This document shows, in pieces, positions 54,905-64,000 of a stretch of DNA of 64,000 bases. Source of the stretch: a bacterium (GTDB taxonomy: Bacteria > Spirochaetota > Spirochaetia > Sphaerochaetales > Sphaerochaetaceae); the NCBI GenBank assembly GCA_031935845.1, contig JAJBWA010000026.1:232-64231 (forward strand), in the 5' to 3' direction. How positions within the stretch are numbered: position 1 is the first letter of the stretch; the number at the start of each line of letters is the position of its first letter. The notes beneath the pieces were generated by a model that was not told the DNA's origin, searched no databases, and was given only the letters and a program-made list of their open reading frames with translations. Made by a program: the position numbers and the translations under genes.

Positions 54905-57466
54905 TCAGAGGTTCTCGGCCTCTTCCTTGAGCTTGGACAGAAGGATCAGCGCCTGCATGGGCGTGCATTCATCAAGGTTCAGGTCCCTGAGTTTCCTGAC
55001 CAGTTCCGAATCCACGGCATTGGTTTCATCATCGCATACGACGGGAGCATCGGACGTAAACAGGCTTCCCTGGCTCATGGTGTAATCCGCAAAGTGTCTG
55101 TTCTGGAACGCACGTGCATCACGTACCACTGAGGCAGGAACTCCCGCCATCTTTGCCACATGGATGCCGTAGCTTGAGTTGGCAACACCGTCCTTGACCT
55201 TGCGCAGGAACGTGACGCTTCCCTTGTCCTCACGCACATCCAGAGTAAGCAGGCGTATTCCGGAAGTGTCCAGCATGGTCAGCTCGTGATAGTGGGTGGC
55301 AAACAGAGTCTTGGCTCCCTTCTCTATCAGGCTTCTCATTATGGCATAAGCAATTGACATACCGTCCTGAGTGCTTGTTCCACGTCCGATTTCATCAACT
55401 ATGACAAACGATCTTGACGTGCAGCTGCGCAGGATGAATGCCGCCTCCTGCATCTCCACAAGGAATGTCGACTCACCTCTGGCAAGGTTGTCCGTGGCAC
55501 CCACGCGGCAGAATATCTTGTCAACCAGGCCGATCCTTGCATATGAGGCAGGAACAAAGCTTCCGGTATGTGCAAGCAGGATCATCAGGGCGTTCTGACG
55601 CAGGTATGTGGATTTTCCGGCCATATTGGGGCCTGTTATCAGGCAGAATCTCGTACTCATGTCCAGTCCGTTTGCAACGAACTTGCCCGGACCCATCTGA
55701 CGCTCCACAACTGGATGCCTTCCGTCCCTGATTTCAAGGACATCGTCATCCGTTATTTCAGGACATACATAATTCGAATCTACTGCAAGAGTTGCAAGTC
55801 CCTGATAGACATCCGTACAGTTCAGGAAATGACCTATGGAATTGAGGTAGGCATCCAGTTCAAGCACGTTGGAGAGAATCTCGTCATAGAGCCTGTGCTC
55901 ACGTTCCTCCGCAAGCGCGTTGGCCTGCATGATTTCCTTCTCGTACTGCATCAGGGCATCTGTGGTGAAACGCTCGCCGTTCACCAGGGTCTGCTTGCGG
56001 TAGAAATAGTCGGGAACCTTTGCAACCTGTCCCTTGGGAACCTCCAGATAGTAGCCGAAAATCCTGTTGTAGCCAAGCTTGAGTATGGTCAGCCCGCTGT
56101 CGGCCTTGGCCTTTTCCAGATAGTCCTTCAGGATGACATCGCTGTGGTCACGGAGCTGACGCTTCTGGTCCAGGTCCTCATCATAGCCGGGAAGGATCAC
56201 CTGTCCTTCCTGGAACTGCCCGAGACACTGATCGTTGACGGCGCGGTCTATGCGCTGCATGAGGGCTGCGCAGGCGCTGAGGGCATCCTGGTCCATCGAA
56301 GTCTCGAGAAGGGACATATAGTGTTCGGTATTCGCCGAAATCAGGCTGAAGAAGCTTCCTATGGTCTGCTTTATGCCTACAAGGTCATGGGGAACGCAGC
56401 GCTTGAGCATGACCCTTGTCACCAGACGGTTCAGGTCCATGGCACCGCCCAGAGCATCGCGCACACGTGCAAGCTCGACGGAATCCGTAGCCAGGAACCT
56501 TATCCAGTCCTGCCTGAACTTTATCTGGTCGATGTCATGCAGCGGGAACGCAATCCAGTTCTTGAGCAGTCTGCTTCCGCCGCTGGTCAGCGTACGGTTT
56601 ACGGCCTCGAACAGCGAATAGCGCACTGAACCGTCATAAAGGTTGTTGAACAGCTCAAGGTTCCTGCGTGTGCTCTCGTCCATGCTCACGAAGGCTTCCT
56701 CGTGATCCACCCTGTAATCCGTAAGATGACTGACCGATGTCTTTGAAGTCTCGGTAATATAACGGATCAATGCTCCTGCCGGACATACCAGCCTGTCATT
56801 GTCCCTGAGCCCGTATGCTGCAAGGGACTTGACCTTGGCCTGATCACACAGCAGCTTCCAGCATGCCTTCTGTGTGAAATACCACGGAGCAAGCTTGGTA
56901 ACCATGGCAGGATACTGGTCTATGACGCTCTTGAAGTCGTAGTCCAGGAAGTATTCGTCCTCACAGACAAGAATCTCACGCGGAGAAAGCTGCTCAAGCG
57001 CCGTGCGCACGGCCTGCACTCGGTTCCTTGAATCCAGAGCGCGGATATGGAAGTCACCGGTGGATACGTCGCAGAAGGCCATGGACTGCTGGAAGAAGCA
57101 GATTATGTAGTTGAAGCTCCTGTCATCCAGATAGTCCTCGTCCACGACTGTGGCCGGAGTGACTATCCTGACCACTTCCCTGCGTGCAAGTGACTTGGAA
57201 TTCTCGGAAAGCTCCATCTGCTCGCATATTGCTATCTTCTTTCCTGCATCCAGCAGACGCTTGATGTAGTTGCGGGCCGCATGGTACGGGATCCCGCACA
57301 TCGGGTCGTCTCCCTTGTGTGTCAGGGTAAGATTCAGAAGGGCCGAAACCTCACGGGCATCGTCGTCGAACATCTCGTAGAAGTCGCCGACACGGAAAAA
57401 GAGCACCATGTCAGAGTGCTCTTTTTTCATTTCCCGATATTGTTTCATCAGAGGAGTTTCAGCCAC
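54905..57466 (-). CDS. mutS: DNA mismatch repair protein MutS
   Basis: TPLMKQYREMK, GDFYEMF and GPNMAGKSTYLRQ. 853 aa. Confidence 0.95.
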   Translation of the reverse strand: MAETPLMKQYREMKKEHSDMVLFFRVGDFYEMFDDDAREVSALLNLTLTHKGDDPMCGIPYHAARNYIKRLLDAGKKIAICEQMELSENSKSLARREVVRIVTPATVVDEDYLDDRSFNYIICFFQQSMAFCDVSTGDFHIRALDSRNRVQAVRTALEQLSPREILVCEDEYFLDYDFKSVIDQYPAMVTKLAPWYFTQKACWKLLCDQAKVKSLAAYGLRDNDRLVCPAGALIRYITETSKTSVSHLTDYRVDHEEAFVSMDESTRRNLELFNNLYDGSVRYSLFEAVNRTLTSGGSRLLKNWIAFPLHDIDQIKFRQDWIRFLATDSVELARVRDALGGAMDLNRLVTRVMLKRCVPHDLVGIKQTIGSFFSLISANTEHYMSLLETSMDQDALSACAALMQRIDRAVNDQCLGQFQEGQVILPGYDEDLDQKRQLRDHSDVILKDYLEKAKADSGLTILKLGYNRIFGYYLEVPKGQVAKVPDYFYRKQTLVNGERFTTDALMQYEKEIMQANALAEEREHRLYDEILSNVLELDAYLNSIGHFLNCTDVYQGLATLAVDSNYVCPEITDDDVLEIRDGRHPVVERQMGPGKFVANGLDMSTRFCLITGPNMAGKSTYLRQNALMILLAHTGSFVPASYARIGLVDKIFCRVGATDNLARGESTFLVEMQEAAFILRSCTSRSFVIVDEIGRGTSTQDGMSIAYAIMRSLIEKGAKTLFATHYHELTMLDTSGIRLLTLDVREDKGSVTFLRKVKDGVANSSYGIHVAKMAGVPASVVRDARAFQNRHFADYTMSQGSLFTSDAPVVCDDETNAVDSELVRKLRDLNLDECTPMQALILLSKLKEEAENL

Positions 57467-57481
57467 TGGAAAACTCCCTGA

Positions 57482-60034
57482 TTAAATCAAGCTGGTGGAG
57501 ATTGCAAGAACCAGGCTCATTCCGCTTGTCTCGCTGGATCCGTGGAAGTAGTTTCCGCCCACCCAGCTGAATGTCCTCTCGCCCTCCACGCTTGTCACGC
57601 TGGGGAACTTGTAGGTCGCGTTCTTGACCAGGTACAGTCCGAGCGGGAATCCGGAGATCTTGAGCTTGAGTCCGCCGCCGGCAGCAAAGTACCAGTTGAT
57701 ACCGCTCTTGATCTGCGACAGCTCCGAGTTCACGCCTGTGGCGCTGACGAACAGCTCCGCCTGAAGGATATTGTCGACAAGCACATAGCTTAGCTCCAGC
57801 ATGTTGTCCCACAGGAATGCCTGGTCTATGACGGTTCCGAAACCTCTTCCGATTGTCATACCGTCGATGTAAAGCATCTCGTATTTCGTGGCACCGAGCT
57901 TGGGATCCCAGAACTTCAGGCCCTGCTTGTCGTAGTTGTAGAACTGCGGAAGCATGAAGTTTGCAGATGTGGATGCACAAAGCATGATGTTCTTGACCGT
58001 ATCCTCGTTGATGTTGAACGAGAACAGCTTCAGATAGCCTGCGGCATTGGTCGAAAGCTTGATGTAGTTGGAAAGACCGCCCAGGAAACCTCCGGCATAT
58101 GTTACCGATGTGCTCAGGACATAACCCTTGGTGGTGTTGGTTACGTAGTCTCTTCCGTCCCACTGTACGCCGAACGAGATCTTGTTGGAGAACTGCCACT
58201 TAAGTCCGTACTGGTAGATCAGCTTCTCATACGGCATGTACTTGGAATCGTAGAATGCCTTGTTCAGGCTGACCGATGCGCCTGCATACAGCGACAGACG
58301 TCCGGGAGTGAAGATGAACGTGTAGCCGGTATTGTATCCCAGTGAGAACGTCAGCAGATCGTAGCTCATCAGGTCTCTTGTGGAAGGATACTCGTTTCCG
58401 GAAAGGCTCCACTGCTCCGCGCTGGTATAGCCGAGCGGCCATGTCTCGCTGCTGTTCCTGCCGTTGTAGTATGTCGGTGCACCGACACCCAGCTGCAGTT
58501 CATCGGTGTATTTGGAGTGCGAGAATCCGAAGCTGAAGCTGTTGGACCATCTCCAGTTGCCGAACCAGTTGTCTCCGAAGCTCAGGTTGATTGACTGTGT
58601 GTCGGGAGAGAGCGTGGTGTTGATGCCGAGCTCCTGCCCTCTTCCTCCCAGGTTGTGGTCCGTCCATGTGATGAATCCGGACACAGGGAACTGGTTGAGG
58701 GTTCCGCCGAATGTAGCACCGAACTGGATGTCCTTTGTCCTTCCTTCCTCAAGCTTGAAGTCGAGGATGACGCCGTTTTCCGTCTGACCGTACATCAGGT
58801 CATAGTCCAGGTTGGACAGAAGCCCCGTGTTGTAGAGGTTCTGTGCGCTGAGTATCAGCTTTTCCTTGGAGAACACGTCACCGGGCTTGATCTCGAGCTC
58901 ACGACGCATGACGTAGTCCTTTGTCTTGTCGAGTCCGGAGATGATGATCTGCTCCACGGTAGCCTGCGGGCCTTCGGTGATGTTCAGATAGAACTTTACG
59001 GTCATGTCCGTATCGTCCCTGACATTGTTCACGTCCATTCCGTTGTAGATGTAGCCCTGGTTGTAGTACAGGTCGGCCACTGAACTGTATTCGTTCTGTA
59101 CTGTCTCGAGGTTCAGGACCGAACCGACCTTCATCTTCTGGACGCTCTTGATCTCTTCATCCGAGAAGATCGTGTTTCCGGTGACTTCCATACCGCCGTA
59201 GAACCACTGCTGGCCTTCAACGATGTTGAAGGTGACCACTGCTTCCCTGTATTTCTCGTTCGAGGGCTCCAGGTAATCGATCTGGGGATCGGAGACGATT
59301 ACGTCAATGTAACCGTTTGTCTGGTAATAAGCTATGAGGTTGGACACATCGGTGCGGAGCTTGGACATGTCCAGATATCCGTTGTTGAACAGTGACTTGG
59401 CCTTTGACTTGACCTGCTTCTTGAGCGTGGAATAGTCAAAGTGGTCGTTCCCGGTGAAGACGAACTTCACTATTCTGGTCTGGACACCCTCGGTGATGGA
59501 GAAGTTGACCGAGAACGTATTGTCTTCGTCATTCTCGGTGACTTCATATGTCACGGGAACATCAAGGAATCCCTTGGACACATAGAGGGCTTCGATCTCG
59601 GTCTTTGCAGTCTCGAAGAGAGCACGCTTGCCCGGGTCGATGAACGAACCTGCGGATACTGCCTTGACGGCTTCCCTGAGTTCCCTGGCCTTTATGGCGC
59701 TGTTTCCTTCGAATGTGATCTTCGACAGCATGGGAATCTCATAGAACTCGAATACTATGACAAGTTCCCCTGCATCATTCTTCTCCGCGTCAGCGGTGAA
59801 GAAGTCGATTCCGTCGACATCATATAGCGCCGCCTGGATCTCTGCGAACAGTTCGTCGGTGAAAGGCTTGTGCCTGTATGAGTAAAGGGCGTTGTTGATT
59901 GCTGACTCTGCGACGTTCTTCAGACCCTGTAGTCTGAACTCGGAAATATCCATGTTGTAGTACCAGTCGTCTGCCGCGGCTGCGAACAGCACGACAAGTG
60001 CCAGAATCAGGATCAATGCCAGTTTCTTCTTCAT
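57482..60034 (-). CDS. bamA: outer membrane protein assembly factor BamA
   Basis: Signal peptide MKKKLALILILALVVLFAAAA from ATG 60034, POTRA repeats, and a C-terminal 16-strand-type barrel ending ...LAISTSLI. Confidence 0.88.
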   Translation of the reverse strand: MKKKLALILILALVVLFAAAADDWYYNMDISEFRLQGLKNVAESAINNALYSYRHKPFTDELFAEIQAALYDVDGIDFFTADAEKNDAGELVIVFEFYEIPMLSKITFEGNSAIKARELREAVKAVSAGSFIDPGKRALFETAKTEIEALYVSKGFLDVPVTYEVTENDEDNTFSVNFSITEGVQTRIVKFVFTGNDHFDYSTLKKQVKSKAKSLFNNGYLDMSKLRTDVSNLIAYYQTNGYIDVIVSDPQIDYLEPSNEKYREAVVTFNIVEGQQWFYGGMEVTGNTIFSDEEIKSVQKMKVGSVLNLETVQNEYSSVADLYYNQGYIYNGMDVNNVRDDTDMTVKFYLNITEGPQATVEQIIISGLDKTKDYVMRRELEIKPGDVFSKEKLILSAQNLYNTGLLSNLDYDLMYGQTENGVILDFKLEEGRTKDIQFGATFGGTLNQFPVSGFITWTDHNLGGRGQELGINTTLSPDTQSINLSFGDNWFGNWRWSNSFSFGFSHSKYTDELQLGVGAPTYYNGRNSSETWPLGYTSAEQWSLSGNEYPSTRDLMSYDLLTFSLGYNTGYTFIFTPGRLSLYAGASVSLNKAFYDSKYMPYEKLIYQYGLKWQFSNKISFGVQWDGRDYVTNTTKGYVLSTSVTYAGGFLGGLSNYIKLSTNAAGYLKLFSFNINEDTVKNIMLCASTSANFMLPQFYNYDKQGLKFWDPKLGATKYEMLYIDGMTIGRGFGTVIDQAFLWDNMLELSYVLVDNILQAELFVSATGVNSELSQIKSGINWYFAAGGGLKLKISGFPLGLYLVKNATYKFPSVTSVEGERTFSWVGGNYFHGSSETSGMSLVLAISTSLI

Positions 60035-60069
60035 ATGCGTAGTCCTTGAAAATAAAGTCATCTATATAA

Positions 60070-63000
60070 TCAAAACTGAATCTGTTTGGTTACACTGAAT
60101 CCAATAGTATCCAAAATATCGAAAACAGACAACTCACGCGGATTCGTGAATACGCTCCACGTACCCAGCGCGGTATCCCAGTCAAGGCTTATCTCGGTAT
60201 CGAGAATCAGGTCCTTGGACAGGAAGTTGCCCACATTGCTGCGGAACTTGACCCGGTTGTCCGCCTTCAGCATCAGGCGGATCTTTATGAACCAGTCAAG
60301 ACCGATGTACTTGCCTGCAAACAGTGATGTTCCGTCAAGATATCTTGCAAGCAGGCTGATATCCCCTCTTCCGGCCAGTTCTCCCGGCAGGGCATCGATG
60401 ATGATGTTGGACAGGATGTTGGATCTTGCCGAGAATATGTCCAGACCTAGTGCGCTTCTGACCGTTCCGGCAATGGAGTAATTCTTGTTGGATTCAAGCA
60501 TTCCTACCCTTGTCAGTGTCTCTGTGGCGGTGGCTGCGAACGTAGCCAGAGATGAGAGTGACAGATTCTGGTCCAGTGCACCTGATGCAAGAACGCTCTG
60601 TCCCAGCATGGCAAGTATCTCGTTCTCTGATTTCAGCGGAACACTGGTGAAACGCGGGCTCAGGTTGTCCAGAGTGGCATTCTGGAGGATCATGCTGATG
60701 ACGACCTTGTTTCCGTCCTGGTCGTAGTCGGTGATCTCTGCAGTGAGGCTCAGGGCAATCGGCATGGATGAACCGCTGTCCAGAATCATGTTCTTCTCCG
60801 TCAGGTCCAGGCTTCCCTCCTTGATGATGAAGTCGTTGTGGAAGTAATAGACCTGTCCTGTCTTGAGTGATATGCCGCCGTCAGTCCTGACGGATCCGTC
60901 CGATGTCACCAGCCTCACCCTCTTGTCCTCGGCAAGAGTGAAGTTGATGAACGAGTTGTCCTTCTCCGGATAATAGAACTCGACGTCCTTTCCGGTGGTC
61001 ATGGTGACGTCAAGATCGATTCCGTTGCCTTCTTCATAGAACCATGCCGGCATCTCTTCATCAAAGCGGAAGTCTATGAGCATGGAAGAGATACGTATGT
61101 CGGTAGTAAGCTTAGACCTGCTTCCGGCAAGGGACAGTACGACGTTTCCTGAGACATCGCCCTTGACCTCGACATCCGTCCCGAAGTACATGGGAAGCCA
61201 GAAGTATATCGGAGTGCTGTCGTTTATGTTGATGTCGATGTCGAAGCTTTCCACAGATGTTCCCTGAAGGACCATTTCAACGCCCACATCACCGTAGAAG
61301 TATCTTCCGTCCGACTCACTGTAGCCGGAAAGCGGAGTACGGGATACGGTAAGCTCATGGTCATGCAGCGACAGTGCGACGTTCTTGACCGATATGACCT
61401 GATCCGGAAGATAGAATAAAGTCATGCCGTAGGACCTGCAGTAAGCCATTCCGTACAGGCTGGGATTGGACAGTGTTCCCCTGACAAGCACATCACCCTC
61501 TACCGTTCCGTCGGTAAAGGCAAACGTCGTCGAATTCATCAGCTGGTTCAGGACAGGAAGCGGGAACGTCAGGTCGGAGACAAGGATGTCAAGCTCATCG
61601 CCGATGTACCCTCTTGCATTGAATCCGAACAGAAGCTGCCTGTCGAAGCTGACGTCGATATAGCCTGTCTTGAGATCAAAGCTTCCGTTTACCATGTTTC
61701 CGCTGAAGAAAAGGCCGCCGTTCTTCAGGACCATGTCCACGGTAAGGTCCTGCAGTTCATATCCGTCTTCAAGTCCGACATCCGAAAGGCTCACCGTGAA
61801 ATCAAAGCTGTAGTCCCGTCCGGCGAACACCTGCATCAGGTTGTCGGGTATGGAATCTCCCTTTGCGGATGCAGTCAGAAGTGCCTTCTGGACGCTGTAT
61901 CCTCCGGCCCGCTTGGGAATCCTGTTGACCAGCCGGACAGCTCCGTCAACCGTCATGGTCTGCAGGTCGACGTCCAGCTTTATGTCCTCAAGATTCAGGC
62001 TGCCAAGGTTTCCGTATGAGTCGTATACCGAAACGGTCAGATCATTGTACATGGCGTTCAGGATGACGTTGTTCACGCCGTCAGCACCCCAGCTGAGGCT
62101 GGACATCACATGAATCGGGTTCTGCCTCTGTCCGAGTGCAGAAACCGAGGCCTTCAGTCCGTCTGCCGTCCTGCTTGCATAATCCATGTCAAGATAGAAC
62201 TGATTCCCGGTGGCGGCCGCCTTTACGGTTATGTCTCCGTCGGACGATGCAAGATCCACAGTTCCCTCAAGTCCGTCGGTCTCGAGTTTCAGCAGACTGT
62301 CTATCCCACGGAAAGTGAAGTCGATCTTGCCGGTGAACTGTTCCTTTCTTCTGCCGATTTCGAATCCGATGTTCCGGATGAGTATGCTGCGGTCAGTCAA
62401 ATCGATATCAAGGGTTGCTGATAACAGATCCGGAACCTTGACCGCAAGATTCTGCAGGGAAACCCCGAAACCGTTGTCTTCCAGCCCGTACCACGCGTTC
62501 AGAAGCGTATTCACGGTTACCTTGACCGAATCCGAGACATTTACGGAAAGATCCTTGATCTCACCGTCTGCAGAAAGCATTCCGTCAGCCATCAGAAGAT
62601 CAAGATCAAGCATATTGCCGCGCAGGGAAAGGTCCAGAGGGTCGAAACGCAACGTGGCGTTCAGAGTCAGATCACCTTCAAGATAAGGAGTCTCAAGTAC
62701 GGCATCGGATGAGATTGCGGAAGAATCGGCCCAGTTGACCGTACCGTAGAACCTCGTACCCTCCAGAAGCGGAGACGACAGATGGTAGTCATATGTCTTG
62801 GAGCCCTTTTCGTGGTCGAATACCAGCAGAAGGAGCTCGCTTCCGTCTCCGGCATCCTGCAGCTGAAGCCGACCGAACGGAATCATGTCCGCGAAATCGA
62901 TGTTTCCTACGTATGACAGTCTGAGTCCCTCGGCTGTAACCGCCAGAGTGTCGATATCAACGACAGTACTGCCGGAGGATGCTTCAAGAGTGAGGGCTCC

Positions 63001-64000
63001 GTTCATGGACCTGCCGCCTATCAGGACATTTCTGGCCGCGGTGTTGAGTGAAATCCTGCTGCCGGCAAAAACATCGGACAATGAAGATACAGCCGGAGCA
63101 GAACCGTACTTTCCTTCAAGGACATCTCCCATCCAGGATGAGACTGTTTCCGGGAAATCTACGGAGAGAACCATGTTTCCGCTGATTGAAGTGGTATCAC
63201 CCACTACTCCGAGATTCCTGATGAATTCGTCGTAAAGGACGTGATAACCTGAAGGCACAAGCTGAGTCAGGAACAGGTTGCTGTCCAGATGTCCGTCCCT
63301 GTATGAGAAAGATCCGGAGATATCGTCCTTCAGCGTGAATGACGAGAATACCCTTCTGTCATCACTGAGTCTGAGGACCAGATCCGCAGAATACGGTAGA
63401 ACGGCCAGCTTCACGTTGCTGATCTGCGCAGACGCGTAGTCTATGCGCCGGAAATCACCTGTCTGGAACACCACATCCAGATCCGCGTGGAAATCTCCGG
63501 TAAACCTGCTGTCATGATGTCCGTCAAGTGCCGTCCTGACGTTCACGTCGAAGCCCGTAGGAGAATACGAGAAGTCGGCAAAGATTTCCGATGCATTCAG
63601 TGCAGTGAATCCAGCATCTTCCAGTCCTGAGACGCCGAGAGTCGAGACTTCGGCCTGCCCGAGGGTCCTTGATGAAGAATGATCATGGCTCAGACTTGCA
63701 GTAATGTCCGATGTTTTCAGCGAATACATGCCGTACGAGCCGTCAATCGAGCCTACGGCCAATTCTGCCGTCATTTCCCTGACACCGTCGTAGTATCCTC
63801 CCGCAAGAAGGCTCTTCACGACAAAAGTGACATCTTCATACCTGCCGCCGATCTCATCAAGATCAGTCGTGACGGTCATGTCTCCCGAACGGAGACCGTA
63901 TTCCAGCGAGAATGTAGCACCGTTTACGGCAAAATCCGCATCAAGTCCGGCTTCATTCAGGTCCGCAGAGGCCTGGTTTGCATAGACAGCCACATACAGG
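60070..64000 (-). CDS. tamB: TamB-like translocation and assembly module protein; the N-terminus lies beyond the window end
   Basis: Open on the minus strand to the window edge. Beta-rich repetitive sequence. The DUF490-like C-terminus (AGKYIGLDWFIKIRL...GFSVTKQIQF) sits immediately upstream of bamA. Confidence 0.78.
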   Translation of the reverse strand, partial: LYVAVYANQASADLNEAGLDADFAVNGATFSLEYGLRSGDMTVTTDLDEIGGRYEDVTFVVKSLLAGGYYDGVREMTAELAVGSIDGSYGMYSLKTSDITASLSHDHSSSRTLGQAEVSTLGVSGLEDAGFTALNASEIFADFSYSPTGFDVNVRTALDGHHDSRFTGDFHADLDVVFQTGDFRRIDYASAQISNVKLAVLPYSADLVLRLSDDRRVFSSFTLKDDISGSFSYRDGHLDSNLFLTQLVPSGYHVLYDEFIRNLGVVGDTTSISGNMVLSVDFPETVSSWMGDVLEGKYGSAPAVSSLSDVFAGSRISLNTAARNVLIGGRSMNGALTLEASSGSTVVDIDTLAVTAEGLRLSYVGNIDFADMIPFGRLQLQDAGDGSELLLLVFDHEKGSKTYDYHLSSPLLEGTRFYGTVNWADSSAISSDAVLETPYLEGDLTLNATLRFDPLDLSLRGNMLDLDLLMADGMLSADGEIKDLSVNVSDSVKVTVNTLLNAWYGLEDNGFGVSLQNLAVKVPDLLSATLDIDLTDRSILIRNIGFEIGRRKEQFTGKIDFTFRGIDSLLKLETDGLEGTVDLASSDGDITVKAAATGNQFYLDMDYASRTADGLKASVSALGQRQNPIHVMSSLSWGADGVNNVILNAMYNDLTVSVYDSYGNLGSLNLEDIKLDVDLQTMTVDGAVRLVNRIPKRAGGYSVQKALLTASAKGDSIPDNLMQVFAGRDYSFDFTVSLSDVGLEDGYELQDLTVDMVLKNGGLFFSGNMVNGSFDLKTGYIDVSFDRQLLFGFNARGYIGDELDILVSDLTFPLPVLNQLMNSTTFAFTDGTVEGDVLVRGTLSNPSLYGMAYCRSYGMTLFYLPDQVISVKNVALSLHDHELTVSRTPLSGYSESDGRYFYGDVGVEMVLQGTSVESFDIDININDSTPIYFWLPMYFGTDVEVKGDVSGNVVLSLAGSRSKLTTDIRISSMLIDFRFDEEMPAWFYEEGNGIDLDVTMTTGKDVEFYYPEKDNSFINFTLAEDKRVRLVTSDGSVRTDGGISLKTGQVYYFHNDFIIKEGSLDLTEKNMILDSGSSMPIALSLTAEITDYDQDGNKVVISMILQNATLDNLSPRFTSVPLKSENEILAMLGQSVLASGALDQNLSLSSLATFAATATETLTRVGMLESNKNYSIAGTVRSALGLDIFSARSNILSNIIIDALPGELAGRGDISLLARYLDGTSLFAGKYIGLDWFIKIRLMLKADNRVKFRSNVGNFLSKDLILDTEISLDWDTALGTWSVFTNPRELSVFDILDTIGFSVTKQIQF

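Noticed and set aside
1-64000. A search for mobile elements, CRISPR arrays, toxin-antitoxin pairs, restriction-modification or other defence cassettes, and for abrupt compositional islands.
   Set aside because: Every ORF of appreciable size is either a recognisable housekeeping gene or an envelope-type hypothetical embedded in a conserved operon. I saw no integrase, transposase, terminal inverted repeat or repeat-spacer structure, and I am not reporting a novel system without support.

Overview
The window is a densely packed, almost entirely coding stretch of core housekeeping genes. I found no rRNA or tRNA genes, CRISPR array, transposase, integrase, prophage or recognisable defence island.

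I call 57 CDS. About 75% are on the minus strand, in long, translationally coupled strings:
- GH57-like, prfB, PEGA protein, ftsY, exported repeat protein, lolCDE-like ABC, rnz
- ileS and a lipoprotein
- rpmF, acpP, rnc
- ffh, rpsP, KH protein, rimM, trmD, rplS
- rimP, nusA, infB, rbfA, truB, ribF, rpsO, pnp, dut, lptFG, tgt, nudix
- tamB, bamA, mutS, comF, mtnA-like

Plus-strand units are hisS with an hrpA-like helicase, an aroB-like gene, a nifZ-like desulfurase with thiI and thpR, cca, and a giant greA.

Three features point to a diderm spirochaete, probably Treponema-like: a roughly 890-aa GreA, tamB directly next to bamA, and a type-2 IleS. This is inference, not a database hit.

I do not see a convincing new multi-gene system and will not invent one. 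The leads worth a second look are:
1. A structured greA leader of about 300 nt with a strong intrinsic terminator and a duplicated 5' arm that could form an antiterminator.
2. An intrinsic terminator between a near-consensus promoter and rimP, a candidate nusA-operon attenuator.
3. A long imperfect hairpin plus a 33-nt pure-purine tract in the rpsO-pnp spacer.
4. A recurring layout in which -35/-10 boxes sit 6-9 nt from the ATG of operon-leading genes, suggesting leaderless mRNAs at 6 or more genes.
5. Three enzyme homologues whose catalytic residues look substituted: AroB-like without the three conserved His, GH57-like without the nucleophile Glu, and RibF without the PTAN motif.
6. The prfB +1 programmed frameshift.
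7. A greA terminator embedded inside the convergent Nudix coding sequence.

All family assignments come from reading the supplied translations against remembered family motifs. No searches were run.
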